DNA of 57,806 bases, the filler included, from Diploschistes diacapsis (lineage: Eukaryota), in assembly GCA_023645945.1 (NCBI GenBank). It is 6 parts of 6 records of this genome, joined end to end, with 100 filler letters (N's around TTAATTAATTAA, not from the genome) between each part and the next. Parts side by side here need not be neighbours in the genome. Positions count along the whole stretch, not along the records: positions 19,317 to 28,872 come from JALAIB010001026.1; positions 28,973 to 38,519 come from JALAIB010001027.1; 4 more parts are not named here. One strand, given 5' to 3'. A program made the position numbers and the translations under genes. The notes under the pieces were generated by a model, which saw only the letters and a program-made list of their open reading frames with translations, was not told the origin of the DNA and did not search any database. This document shows positions 23,591 through 35,841 of this stretch, in pieces (position 1 is the stretch's first letter; each line of letters opens with the position of its first letter).

Positions 23591-25130
23591 TCACTGCCCA
23601 TCTATTTTGCGTACCATGACGCCCTCTACCCAAACCATGGTCCTGTCGAACAAGGGCTCCAGGTGCTGGATCCATAATCAATAGGCAACCAGCAGTGAAA
23701 CCACAAGGCAGACCACAGAGAAAAGCGATCCAGCTTGCCGCTGATAGTGGACACGTCTCAAGTTTGGATTGTACTTTGATGGTCCCAGCTCTTGGCCCCC
23801 AAAACAGGATCCATGCAAACAATGGACGGATGAAAGTTCCATGTAGGACACACAATGCACAGGAGATCTTTGCCCGGCCAAGCCATTGGCGAAAGAGTTG
23901 ATAACTCTTGTGCTCTATGTGACATGATGGTACCAAAAAGCAGACTAGATAGGCAGGCCAGGCTGACCCAGGATTTGTATTTGTTGGCGGCATAAGGTAG
24001 GGCTGTCTCATCTAAGGCTCGAAGGGCGAACGACCACGGTGCATTTTCCGGTAAATTGCGGGGGTAAGACGCGGCAATCAACCCTATCAGCAGTACTACC
24101 AAAAAGACCATTGAAGCTTGCTATCTGAGGGCGCATTTTCCTTGGCCCTGGAGGAGAGATTAAACTCGGTGAGAACCATTCCGAAGAGGACGCAGTATCC
24201 GACATACGCTGCAACACAGAGTTAATCGTTACCCAATTCAAGCACCTTACGAAACAGCTGCCAGATAGTAGCCGTTTACCCGTCATAAGAGAATGGGTAT
24301 CTGCGACCCCGAACTGCAGCGCTCAAACGGGTAGACCACCAACCCCAAGCCGCAGGCACGACGACCCGCCACGAGCTTCCTAGCCTTGCTGTCGCCAACA
24401 CAGCAAGAAATAGCATCAGGCCTCCTTCGATAAAGGACTGCAAAGCCCCCTGTGGCTGGTCGTATGTGTTGACGCCGTACCTTTGGAACCCAAAAACGTT
24501 TTATCAGCGGAAAGTAACCTCGGTAGCATCTGTCGAACCAAAAGCAGAGAGCACTTGCAGCTCCCAAATCTACCATTATAGCCAACCATGCATCCAGGAA
24601 CGCTTGATACCTATCGTTACATAAGCTCACATCCTATCGAAAGCCAAAGTAACTCAGCTATACTAAGGCACCAAAGCTCGTCGTCGGCGCTCGCGCTACC
24701 ATCGACCACACATCCCCTCTTCTTGCCGTCTCATAGCCGCCCGAGTTGCAAACGGCCCAGCTGACGAGTGCCGCGACGGGTAGCTGGGAAGAATAGCCTG
24801 GGCAGTTCTCCGAAAGGATGACACTGCGACACTCGCATACGCCTTCTCCGGGCCGTTCAGCACGTGCATAAGTCCAGAGCCTTGTGTGATATGATGCGGT
24901 AAAGCCGGTCAAAACAAGAAAAAGGCTACCAAAGCTTCGCCTGCTGCTGCTACGAGGCGGACGGTTGGGTCGCTGGAAGGGGTGTGGAATAGGAGCGCCG
25001 GAAGAAGGGGGAGTAAGGATTTGCAGCAGGGAGGGAAGAAGAAATCTTCCATAGTGAAGAGTGGGAGATGGTTAGAGCGGACGCTGAGGGCAGTGAAACC
25101 GCGGGGAGGCCCAGGATGCTGTCTGTTTAG
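23591..25130 (-). pseudogene. Acyltransferase-3 family (membrane O-acyltransferase) pseudogene
   Basis: Collinear motifs in different frames: RLVAAAGEALVAFF..TGF, AALVSWAVCNSGGYE, LFGMVLTEF, GLIAASYP, GK/ISCALCVLHGTFIRPLFAW, LWIQHLEPLFDRTMVWVE; multiple frameshifts and stops; 5' limit approximate. Confidence 0.7.
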
Positions 25131-26561
25131 ATTGAAAGGTTCTTGCAGCAGCGGATTAGAGAGAGGTACTTTCTGCCCACACTATTTCTTTTGCTCCGTA
25201 GTGTGCTACCGGTGACGGCGTTGTTGTTGGTGCCAGACCGAGGGACACAAAGCCTGAGCCCTTCAAAGAGTACAGGCCAGCGCATTTTGCACGATCAAAA
25301 AGAGTAGTAGCCTTAAATGAGAGTAACGGATGGGGCCATCCTAAGGTTGACAGACTACAAGGAGACAGCAAAACACGAAGAGCCCTTGCAGCGAGGTTTT
25401 CCCCAGATCCACTGCAGTCCCCTGAACCGAGCAATGGAATGCGCCCCCATCCCAATCAATCCCCAAAGACAAGAAAGCACATGCGTGAGATTGCTTCTTT
25501 GACTTGAACCTCTGGAAATCCAATCATCTTCCCATGTACAATAGAGCAATATCTCGTAATCCCATACTACAGAGCGCCTGAGGCATGTGTCGAGGGAAAT
25601 TTCTTTTATAACCCACCCACCCTTCAAGGCACCCCCAGCATAAGTCACAGCATGACCAGTCTCATCTCACCTAACGTTACCTAAAAATACATCACGCGCG
25701 GAACCCTCGACTTTTGAACGCAACAATTTGGCAAAAAATAATAATGATAGCTAGATACAGCAAAAAATAATATTGACGGCGCTGTAGCTATCGCGTACGC
25801 AGTCCCACTTTTCAGCCCTACGAGTTTGTATGAAAGGAGGGTTTTGGGGCGCACCTGTGGTGCGTCTGAAGCATCTTGGTAAATTTTCTCCTTGTGCCGG
25901 TCTTCGCAGAGCTGATCGCCGACAGATAACTCTGTCACCATCATCAGCGACGATGCACATCTTCCCACTTGTGTGCCGCAGACGAGGAGCCCAATCAACC
26001 TGCAGATCATGGGTGGCCCAAGCGGAGCGATCCTTCTTGGGTTGAAGCGGATCCGGAGCGTCGACAGGAACAGAAGCAATAGAGTCAGTATCTTTCCGCA
26101 AACACTCACCGAGCAGTAGAAAGTCAGCCGAAAGGGTCTGCTCCGATGGTGTGCCTCGATCCGCGAAGGCGCGGAAAATGCAGTCGGATGATGCATTGGC
26201 CTGGGCGGATGGAGGCTCTTGACCAGGCGAATGGCCGCATCATATCCAACATCTGCTTTCGGTAAACAAGGATGCGACGTGGAACGCTTTTCTGGGCCGA
26301 ACATTTGTTATATGTAAAACTGAGCGAGGAACTTCATGTGGAGGCATGGTGGCAGCTGTTCGAAAAACAGACTTGTTTTAATTACAAATAAGGCTGTGAG
26401 ACGGTCCACGTTCCACTTAGATCATCAGCCCAAAGCGGCTGCTTTTTTGGCCGAAGATAGCTCGAGCACAAGGCTGGACGAAATGGGCTTCCTCTCATCG
26501 CTATACGCTTGCATTTTCGATATCCGAGGCAACATTCATACTTCCACAAGCAACAACTGAT

Positions 26562-28377
26562 TCAGTGGATGCCATCATGCTCGCCTTTGGTTTGCTCCGA
26601 CCCTGAACGATTGGACAAGGCCATGGAGGAGTCTTTTGGGCCTAAAAAAGCAACAACGTTTGTAGCTTGAGGAGCGTCTCTGTCAACACTGCTACCAGCC
26701 TGAGACGCTCTACGTAACTTCATCCGGGTAGACGGTGATCTGATAGCCTGTCCGGCAAAGGGCTTGGTTTCTTCACATTCTTTGAGCGCTGCAACAGTCT
26801 GGCTTTGGACTAAAGCGATCCCAGGGAAGAGAGGATCATATTCACTGGCCATTACCGAATAAACGCGTGGAAATATTGCCACAATCTTGACCTGATCGCT
26901 GGCATCCGACTTGCCGAGCTTTATAGGCCGCTGATGTTCCAGGTCAAATATGTCCCACTCCCAATCGTCGATTAAGTCCAGATCAACGGTGGTTTCGACT
27001 CTCTGCTTGCATCGTTGAATCTTCCACCAGCTCCTTGTAATATCCTGGACTATTGGTCGAAGCTTGTTCACGAGGTCCCCTGCGGAATTGGGACCGAACA
27101 GAGTCTCCACAGTATTGAATGCAGCTCTAAGAACCAAGTCGATTCGCTTCTCCGAAGCCTCCAGCTGAGCACTCTTCTGCATCGTCACCAAAAGCCCTCT
27201 GCACAGCATCTCTCGTTCTTGGCTCACTGTGGCTTCATCCGACAGTAGGGCGCGCAACTCGATATCGTTGTCTAAGAGGTATGTTGTTCCGAATATCATT
27301 TCATTCAGAAGTCTTGCAAGAAAAGCAAGTGTAGCCGCAGCACGCATGCTCTTTGCGATTTTCGAGTTGGACGGGTATATTGGGATTGTTGAAGGCGATG
27401 CAACGGCTTCTTTGAACGCGTTCCAAGGCCCAGCATGCTGTCGGGTCATTAGTAGCTTCCTGTTCTGCGTGCCAAAACTTACCGAAAGCACGGCATCTGA
27501 CACACTCTCTTCAAATGCAGATATGACAGTCCTGCACAAGGCTGCAGATGCTCCCCTGAGTTCAGGGATACTGGTTTCCTATCAGAATGATTTCAGAAAA
27601 GTATGCAAGGTGCACTTACAATAGCTCTGGAGGCTCGCGATGGACCTCCGAAAATAGTTGCCTCATCTTTTCAGTGTCTTTTACAACCGTTCTAAGCCGT
27701 GTATCCACGGCTTTCTTTTTCTCAGCCATCTCATTGAGCGAAGATTCAAGCCCGTTTGCTCGTCGGGTTTCCTCCAGAAGCTTTGCCTGCTTTTTCCCAA
27801 GAGCTTCTTCTTTGTGCTTGAGTTCTTCAATGACGGCCTTCTTCTCGGCACTCAACCCATCCGCCTTGGCCTTCTCGACTTCGAACTTCTGGATGACATT
27901 ACGCTTTTCCGTTTCAGCAGCTTCCGTAAGATGTGCTTGCCGTTTCAGTCTTTCCTTTGTATCCGCTAGATCTTTCTTCGTGTCATTAAGAGTCTTAGTA
28001 GCGGAGTTTCGATCAGCTTCAAGTTTTCCATAAGCCTCACGATGGGTTTGCAGAACCCTCTCGTATACTTGACTGTGCAAAACGTCCTGTTCCTGAAATC
28101 GCTCCGTCTGCAGTCGTTCCATCTCACTTGCTTCAGACTTGAGATGCTCAACAGCTGCCTCCAGCTCTGCGACCCGCTTCTTCAAAATCATGGCCTCATT
28201 GAGCTCTGACAGAAGCACCTTAGTACCTTCGTTGGACAGTAGCTGTTGCATGGCACTGAAAAGCTCCTGGCAAGACCGAAGTCTTTGTGGTCCAACAGCC
28301 CGCTTCTGTTCCATCACTTTCCATTGCTCCTCTACTTCGCTATGTGGCTGATTTACTGTTCTCGTCGACGCAGCCAT
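26562..28377 (-). CDS. Hypothetical coiled-coil protein (family often auto-annotated 'MEI5-like'); likely exons 28377-27620, 27570-27483, 27437-26562
   Basis: E/K/L-rich heptad N-terminus followed by IPIYPSNSKIAKSMRAAATLAFLARLLNEMIFGTTYLL; two GTAAGT donors with CAG acceptors restore the frame. Confidence 0.75.
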
Positions 28378-28872
28378 TTTGAAATGAAGGAAGATGTGAA
28401 TATCATTGGTCGCAATCAGAGAAAAACGTGTTGGTACGTAGATTCTGTACTTGCGTGCATCCGCCCTCAAGTTATGTTATCAAGTTTTCACTATTCGGCA
28501 GTGGAGGACCTTTCTGCACACTTGACTCCGCAGACAGGTTATCCGGTGAATGTCGAGTTGAAGTAGGGGACGCACCTTCCCAGTGTGCTTGCTGCAACCA
28601 TTCTGCAGCATTGGGACGATCATGGCAATTGAACGTAGACATGACAACAACATCGCTGCAGATACAACGATTGCAAAGGTCACTCCACACCCCTTTGGGA
28701 GAAAAAGTCATCAGAGACTGCTAATTGGCTCAAACGCAGCCATGTCGTCTTTTGAAGTCAGGATAATCGCATCAATTCCTTGTTCCGACGCCTTGGTGTA
28801 TGCAAGGAATACAGCTTCGGAGCAGAGTGGGTTTGGATGAACTGATACTCTTTAGTTATTATTATACCATGT

Positions 28873-28972
28873 NNNNNNNNNNNNNNNNNNNNNNNNNNNN
28901 NNNNNNNNNNNNNNNNTTAATTAATTAANNNNNNNNNNNNNNNNNNNNNNNNNNNNNNNNNNNNNNNNNNNN
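28873..28972. other. Artificial contig spacer
   Basis: N44-TTAATTAATTAA-N44. Confidence 0.99.
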
Positions 28973-28981
28973 CGGGTATAC

Positions 28982-29062
28982 GAGGGGGAAGAGGGAGAAG
29001 CAGAAGACCATGAGCTCCCAGTGCTCACGCGTCGGTGGTAGCCAACCGTCTGTGAGGGCCAT
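28982..29062 (-). CDS. First exon of a 3-oxo-5-alpha-steroid 4-dehydrogenase (steroid 5-alpha-reductase)-like gene; remainder lost at contig end
   Basis: MALTDGWLPPTREHWELMVFCFSLFPL resembles the N-terminus of fungal steroid 5-alpha-reductases; followed by GT. Confidence 0.65.
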
Positions 29063-29688
29063 TGTACTGGACTTTTGCGACGCAGATGTCGATTGAAAGC
29101 GCTGTGTAAGAGAAAAAGAAAGGGTTATCGGTGTAGATGTACAGTACGTACGTTTCGAGCAGCTTTTCAAGCAACTCATGAGATCATTCTTTGCCAAGCC
29201 TGCATTATCAGCTTCAATTCGAGCTCTCTGCCAAGCCATCGGTTTACGGTTTAATGCAAAGCCTCTTCTACCAAGGGAACCTCAAGCACAGCTCTTCGCT
29301 GCCAGCTGAAGCGGTGAGTTCCTCACCAGGCCCAATTGTTGCTCAATTGTTAGCCCGCACCGCTCTCTTCAGTGCACTACCCTGCCTTTATGCAAAAGTA
29401 AAGTAATGCGAGCTAGCATTTCAACACCGAAGAGGGCTGTAATCTACGTGTACGCTCTACCTACACGGCTCTGTGGGGTCCGTTCCCCGTGATTTCCCAC
29501 CATATCATCCCACCACCAGGCACACGTTTCACAATTTTCATTTTCCTCTCCAACCTTCAAGCAATCCTACTCTGAAGAACTCAAAACCTGTCGCTGTTTG
29601 TATATCGTGAGTCTTCTTATATTACAAGAAGTGCTCGTAGCTAATTCGTTTCCCCTTTCTTCAGCGATTCCTCCCCCACACCGCCACA

Positions 29689-32144
29689 ATGGTTCAGTCG
29701 TACGTTTTAAGCAGAATATCCAGTTTCGCCCACGACTGACATGGACACAGATCGGTTCTCGGCTTTCCCCGTATGGGAGTCAATCGTGACCTGAAGAAGG
29801 CCACCGAAGCTTACTGGGGGGGCAAGCTTTCCCAGGCCGACCTCCTGGCAGAGGGTAAGCGCCTGCGTCTTGCTCACTGGAAAATCCAGAAGGATGCGGG
29901 CATCGATGTGATTCCTAGCAATGACTTTTCCTACTACGACCACGTCTTGGATCATATCCAGTTCTTCGGCGTGCGTTGCCTTCCTGCTATCTAACGTGGA
30001 CCCACTAACTGTCTTAGGCTGCCCCAGAAAAGTACACAACGCATAAGCTTGACCCCATCGATGAATTCTTTGCCATGGGCAGGGGCCACCAGAAGGACGG
30101 GATTGATGTACCAAGTCTTGTAAGCCTTCATCCTTCTCAGCAGGGATCCAGCTGACTGCTCCAGGAAATGGTGAAATGGTTTGATTCAAATTACCACTAC
30201 GTGAAGCCTACGCTTCAAGAAAACCAAAAATTCAAGCTCGTTTCCAATCCTAAACCGATAGCAGAATTCCTCGAGGCCAAAGAGGCTGGCATCGAGACCA
30301 GGCCCGTCATCCTTGGTCCAGTATCCTTCCTTGCACTTGCTAAGGCAAATCGGGGCCAAAACGTCGAACCCATCTCTTTGCTGAAGGAGCTATTACCGGC
30401 CTACGAAGAGCTACTCACCCAGCTCAAGAGCGCAGGTGCTCACACTGTCCAGATCGATGAGCCTGTGTTGGTCCTGGACCTGCCCAAAAGGGTAAAGGAT
30501 GCTTTCCGACCCACCTACGAGCAATTTGCCAGGCTTGGTGATGCCATCCCGAGGCTAGTTCTGGCAACCTACTTCGGTGACATCACCCACAACATCGATG
30601 CCGTGGCTAACCTCAAGGGTCTCTATGCGCTGCATGTTGATCTTGTCCGCAACCCGGAGCAGCTTGAGACTATCATTGGCGCTCTTCACCCCTCGCAAAC
30701 ATTGTCTGCTGGTGTCGTGGACGGCCGAAATATTTGGAAGACCAACTTGAAGAAAGCAATTGAAACTGTCGAGACTGTCGTGCAAAAGCTTGGCAAGGAT
30801 CGGGTCATTGTTGCTCCAAGCAGTTCTTTGCTGCATACCCCTCACACTCTCGAAAGCGAGAAGAAACTGGACGCCGAGGTTAAGGACTGGTTTAGCTTCG
30901 CTGTTGAAAAAGCCCATGAGCTGGCAGTGATAGCCAAAGCCATCAATGAAGGACCCGCTGCTGTTCGCGATGTTCTCGAGGCCAATGCCAAGTCCGTTCA
31001 AGCCCGAGCCACCTCGAAGCGCACCAACGACCCCAAGGTGAAGGAGCGGCAGTCCAAGGTGACGGAATCTATGGCTCAGCGCAAGTCCCCTTTCCCAGTC
31101 CGCATCGCGCAGCAACAGAAGAATCTCGGTCTCCCAATGTTCCCCACCACTACTATCGGCTCGTTTCCCCAGACTAAGGAGATCCGAATTCAAAGAAATC
31201 GATTCACCAAGGGCGAGATCACCGAGCAGGAATACGAGCAATTCATCGAAAAGGAAATCCAGGAAGTCGTTAAGATCCAAGATGAGCTGGATCTGGATGT
31301 ATACGTGCATGGCGAGCCGGAGAGGAATGACATGGTGCAATACTTCGGTGAGCGTCTCGAGGGTTACGCCTTCACCACACACGCCTGGGTTCAAAGTTAC
31401 GGTTCCCGATGCGTGCGACCTCCTATCATTGTTGGCGATATCTCCCGCCCAGCTCCAATGACCGTCAAGGAGTCCAAGTATGCCAAGTCCATTTCCAAGA
31501 AGCCAATGAAGGGAATGCTCACAGGTCCAATTACTTGCCTTCGATGGTCCTATCCTCGTGACGACGTTCATCAATCGGTGCAGGCTGAGCAGCTCGCTTT
31601 GGCCCTTCGTGACGAGGTCGTTGATCTCGAGGAAGCAGGCGTTCACGTCATCCAGGTGGATGAGCCAGCTTTGCGGGAAGGGCTACCTCTCCGGGCCGGC
31701 CTCGAGCGCGAAAACTATCTATCTTGGGCCGTCAAGGCCTTCCGCCTGTCAGTCTGTGGTGTTCAGGACTCGACCCAGATCCATTCCCACTTCTGCTACT
31801 CCGAATTTCAAGACTTCTTCCACGCCATTGCTGCTCTTGATGCCGATGTTCTCAGCATCGAAAACAGCAAGAGCGACGCCAAGCTCCTAAAGGTCTTTGT
31901 CGACGAAGCTTATCCTCGTCATATCGGCCCAGGTGTCTACGACATCCACTCTCCTCGCGTACCGAGCGAGCAGGAGATCAAGGACAGGATCGAAGAGATG
32001 CTTCAGTACCTCAAACCGGATCAACTCTGGGTCGACCCTGACTGCGGTCTCAAGACCAGGCAGTGGTCGGAGACCAAGGCTGCGCTTACCAACATGGTCA
32101 ACGCTGCCAAGTTCTACCGCCAAAAGTTTAGCAAAATTCCTTAG
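29689..32144 (+). CDS. MET6: Cobalamin-independent methionine synthase; exons 29689-29699, 29751-29970, 30018-30119, 30165-32144
   Basis: MVQSSVLGFPRMG, DFSYYDHVLD, EMVKWFDSNYHY, TTTIGSFPQT, HGEPERNDMV, WVQSYGSRCVRPP, HSHFCYS, PDCGLKTR. Confidence 0.99.
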
Positions 32145-32602
32145 GTCAATCTCTTGCATGGCGAGGATTTCACCATTGTATTACTAATTCAACAAGCGAC
32201 GACGTGATGAAGCACTGATGAGCCACGATCTCAACATCGGCGTTCAGAGCAAATGGGAAATGTTGGCGAGGTGCACTGGGAGGGAGGGAGAAAAGTAGAT
32301 AGAAAGCGATTCAACAATGCGCGATTCAGCTGGCCTCACTATTCAACAGGGGCTAGTAAAGCATAATGCGAAAACAATATCTGCTAAGTTTGTGCTGCTT
32401 TCATCGCGACTTCCTAAGTACAATCGGTGTCTTACTTTTGCTACATCAACTGGTGCTCGAGCAACATGTCTCCCATTTTCTTTTCGCTGTGCTATGCTTG
32501 CCGCTCGTTGTTCTCTTTGCTTTTTACCTGATCATAGTTTCCAGCTGCATCGTCAATTCTCTCTTGTAAGCTATGGTATTAGTATAATTGCATATTGCAG
32601 GC

Positions 32603-35017
32603 ATGCTCAATTATCTTCCTTGTTCTTCTTGTTGCTGCCACAGGAAGAAGACTACCGCTGCAAAATTATTTCATGCCCCTTCAAGCTCACGCGAAAGCTC
32701 TTCGCCGAATTTTTTGGGCCAAAGTGTCCAGGAGCCATTTGTGAACGGGAATACAGGTGGCACTGCCATGGAAGGTACCCAGCCAGAGATGAAAGAAACC
32801 CAGGAAGCTAAACACGGCCGCCTACGAGGGGCTATACGCAGTCGGCTCTCCACTCAATCTGGCCCGTCTTGCAAGATAAGATCCGGAGAAGACTCAACCT
32901 GCAGTTTTGACGAGGGGTTGCAGAAAGGGGGCAAAGTGCTAAAAGAAGCTCTAAATGTTCGTTTCAAGAAAGACCTACATCTCAATCAGCTCACGAATTT
33001 GGATGGGTACGACACAGATGCAGAAATCATACCGACTCCTGCAGGAAGCCATCAGCAATCGAGAGTCGACGTCAGAGACAACCTCGAGGAGCGTCCTAGC
33101 GATACGAGGTTGCTGCTTGGTCTTGGATCCGATCGCATATGCACTCATCAGAATCCGGCCAGAACAAATATGCAAGAAGAAAGGGCAATTTGCGATGATC
33201 GGCCTAAGATGCGGCGGCATTGCTCCAGTAGTAATATTGGGCCAACGAACCAAAGGGGATCCAACCCTCCTTTCTTAAGTCTGATTGCTTCGCTAGATTT
33301 GCTTGACCCAACCTCCACCTTTCCTAAGCAATCTGTTTTACAAAGCAGAATAACTAAGAGAAAGCCATTGTCCGATTTGGTTGAACGACGCTCTGAAAAA
33401 TCAGATGGACGCCAAGAGCTTAACCACCCGAGTCCGGGTTACTTAGGGAAGGCGCAAGAATTACAAGAGAATCGTATTGAGGATGGTGCTCACAGACTTT
33501 CTGAATTTGAATACCATGTCTGCCCATTGCGACAACACGACTCGCAACAGGGCAACTCGGAAAACACGGCGCCACTACAACAGTCTCTGGCAACCATAAG
33601 ACTCCCTCCAAAGTCTCCGTTTAGATCGAACTCGGGTTCTTCCTGCGTAACAGCTACGAAGCTTCAATCGCGGACGGTCTCGTCGGGTTCCTACTCGGGA
33701 GACTCTTCTTTTCGTTACACCGGCTCATTTCGTCCGCCAATTCCAAAGGCTTTCGAAGTAACGGATGCACTACGAGCACCGCCAGAGGCAGGGACCTCGG
33801 AAACAGAGCAAGAAAAGAAGCAGCAACAATCGAGAAAAAGCAGATTCAGAGAAGAGTTTCATATTTCAAAGCCTCCGAGCATAGGAAACTTTGATGGAAA
33901 TGAGGACCAACTTCTAGTTCCGGCAGCAACGGTGGTCAGGAACCTCGACGGGAGCGAGGACAGACTCTCAGTTCCAGCAACGCATAGTCAATGCCGTCCA
34001 CGGATCCGCGAGCATGGGTTCATGCCACATAGCGATGAAGCTGTTACTCTTTGGGAAAAGGCCCTGCAGATGCACGCAAGGGAGGTCTCAGCTAAGCAGA
34101 ACAGGCCATATCTGCCTTCACAAAGCGGGCTATGGGTTGCTAGTCGACGCAATCTTGCTGCTTCGAACCCAAGTCCAGACCACAGCGTGCGGTATAAGCG
34201 AAGAGGGCCACCTTCAATTGACAGCGCAGACATCGCTCCCGATGTTGTGATACCCGCGCCAGCTACTCGCCTCGGATCTGCAAAGGACAGATCTACAGAT
34301 TCGTGGGCTCGGTGGCCGAGCCATACAAGAAATGAAAGGGCTGGCTCTGCTGGATTGGCAGACAAGGTGAGGACGTACGACTTTGCGACGCGGCATGAGC
34401 TGTCAAGATCGGATTCAATGATCGAAAGAACCAAGCAAAAGCATGTGCCGATATCGGGCTCAAGGAACTTCTTTGACATAATCAGGGATCGCTACATTAA
34501 CGAGAGAAGCGACCTCCTACGCTTGGAAAGAGGTTATAGATCCTCGGTTTCGACTGGTGGCGTCCTGAAATACCCCGATCTAGAATTGCTGCCAAGTCTA
34601 GAGCCAGTGCATCTCCTAGACCCACACGCTAGAGAGACCAGTTCCAATTTCTCGAACCAGGTGTCATCCGAAGAGAGCCCACTTGGAGATTTTAGGCGCA
34701 GCTCCAGCGTCGACACAACTCCCTTTCCTCGCACCGCAAAAGCCTGGTCCAGACTCTACCAAGAATGCGTCCCTAGCCCACCTTTCAGCGAAGGCAAAGA
34801 AGAAGGCGACGAGCCAGCGAGCAACAGGAGCGGGCTTCTGTCGCCGACGTATGTTCCTCGCCAACCGAGCAAAGTTCACCTTATCCGCAACAGCCACTCG
34901 GACTCAGTGCTAGATGTTCGCAAGTCGACGCTAGACTTTCAAGAGTCGTTGCGGATTAAGGCGGAACAGAGCCGTAAAGCGATGTTCGAAGCTTTTGATA
35001 ACATTAATCAAGGGTGA
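32603..35017 (+). CDS. Hypothetical, largely disordered S/R-rich protein
   Basis: Uninterrupted ~805-codon ORF; motif-like islands WARWPSHTRNERAGSAG and RSSVSTGGVLKYPDLELLP; start uncertain. Confidence 0.75.
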   Translation: MLNYLPCSSCCCHRKKTTAAKLFHAPSSSRESSSPNFLGQSVQEPFVNGNTGGTAMEGTQPEMKETQEAKHGRLRGAIRSRLSTQSGPSCKIRSGEDSTCSFDEGLQKGGKVLKEALNVRFKKDLHLNQLTNLDGYDTDAEIIPTPAGSHQQSRVDVRDNLEERPSDTRLLLGLGSDRICTHQNPARTNMQEERAICDDRPKMRRHCSSSNIGPTNQRGSNPPFLSLIASLDLLDPTSTFPKQSVLQSRITKRKPLSDLVERRSEKSDGRQELNHPSPGYLGKAQELQENRIEDGAHRLSEFEYHVCPLRQHDSQQGNSENTAPLQQSLATIRLPPKSPFRSNSGSSCVTATKLQSRTVSSGSYSGDSSFRYTGSFRPPIPKAFEVTDALRAPPEAGTSETEQEKKQQQSRKSRFREEFHISKPPSIGNFDGNEDQLLVPAATVVRNLDGSEDRLSVPATHSQCRPRIREHGFMPHSDEAVTLWEKALQMHAREVSAKQNRPYLPSQSGLWVASRRNLAASNPSPDHSVRYKRRGPPSIDSADIAPDVVIPAPATRLGSAKDRSTDSWARWPSHTRNERAGSAGLADKVRTYDFATRHELSRSDSMIERTKQKHVPISGSRNFFDIIRDRYINERSDLLRLERGYRSSVSTGGVLKYPDLELLPSLEPVHLLDPHARETSSNFSNQVSSEESPLGDFRRSSSVDTTPFPRTAKAWSRLYQECVPSPPFSEGKEEGDEPASNRSGLLSPTYVPRQPSKVHLIRNSHSDSVLDVRKSTLDFQESLRIKAEQSRKAMFEAFDNINQG

Positions 35018-35841
35018 ATGAAGGCTGCTTCTTGTGGCAAAGTACATGCGGCTTGTGAGCCTTGAGCTATGCATTTTGGCTCATGGATAGAGGCGGAGGC
35101 TGAGGAAGCTTGATGTCGACTCTCCAGAGGAGGGGAAGGAATGCTTTTGGACACGTAGTTCTATTGCTTTTTTATTCTGGCATGTGAGCAGCCCGAGATT
35201 CCGGGGTTACTACACTATGTGGTCCGTCAGGGAAAAGCTTTGAAGTCAGCAGTATAGATAGTTTCGAGGATGAAAGCTACCATCAATTCTTTTATTCAGA
35301 GTGCTGAGTCATGCTGGTGCTGAAAAGCTTAAGTTATATATAAGTTAACCTTATAGTTCACTGACTAAAAACCCCGTTCTACGCAGGTACAAGGTACAGT
35401 ACCGCAAAGTGTGCAAAAGCTCTGAATAGAAGTTGTGACGATGTAGGGGGCTCTGCATGCCCAGTAGGTCAAAAGCGAATCTCATGAATACGGACTATGA
35501 CGAGCATGTCCGACACTTCTTGGACCTCTCTCAACGTTTTTTTTTAGAAACGCTGAGCTGGACAATGGACTGATCAACATAATACGAGGGTGAGAACGTG
35601 GCCCACTGATGCTGCCTGGACCTCCATGGAAACCTGCCTGTGTACGCGATTCGAGCGCAAGCGATAGATGACCTGGCGTTCATGAGCAGAGTTATTTGCT
35701 TCATCATTCACTCAGAACCACTTGTCACTCATTTACCTACTTTACTTCACCACAGCATCGAGTTGTTCATTTGACTATCTAAGCACCATTGACTACTAGC
35801 CGAACTTGTCAAGCAAAGCTCGTTCTCAAAGTTTGTTCAAC

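Noticed and set aside
25681..26304. 207-aa minus-strand ORF
   Set aside because: No recognisable motif or coding-like composition; likely intergenic or 3' UTR.
30555..31646. 363-aa antisense ORF within MET6
   Set aside because: Expected shadow of strong codon bias in a highly expressed gene.
32145..32196. Possible MET6 3'-UTR intron directly after the stop codon
   Set aside because: Good TACTAAT branch but weak GTCAAT donor and AAG acceptor; unsupported without transcripts.
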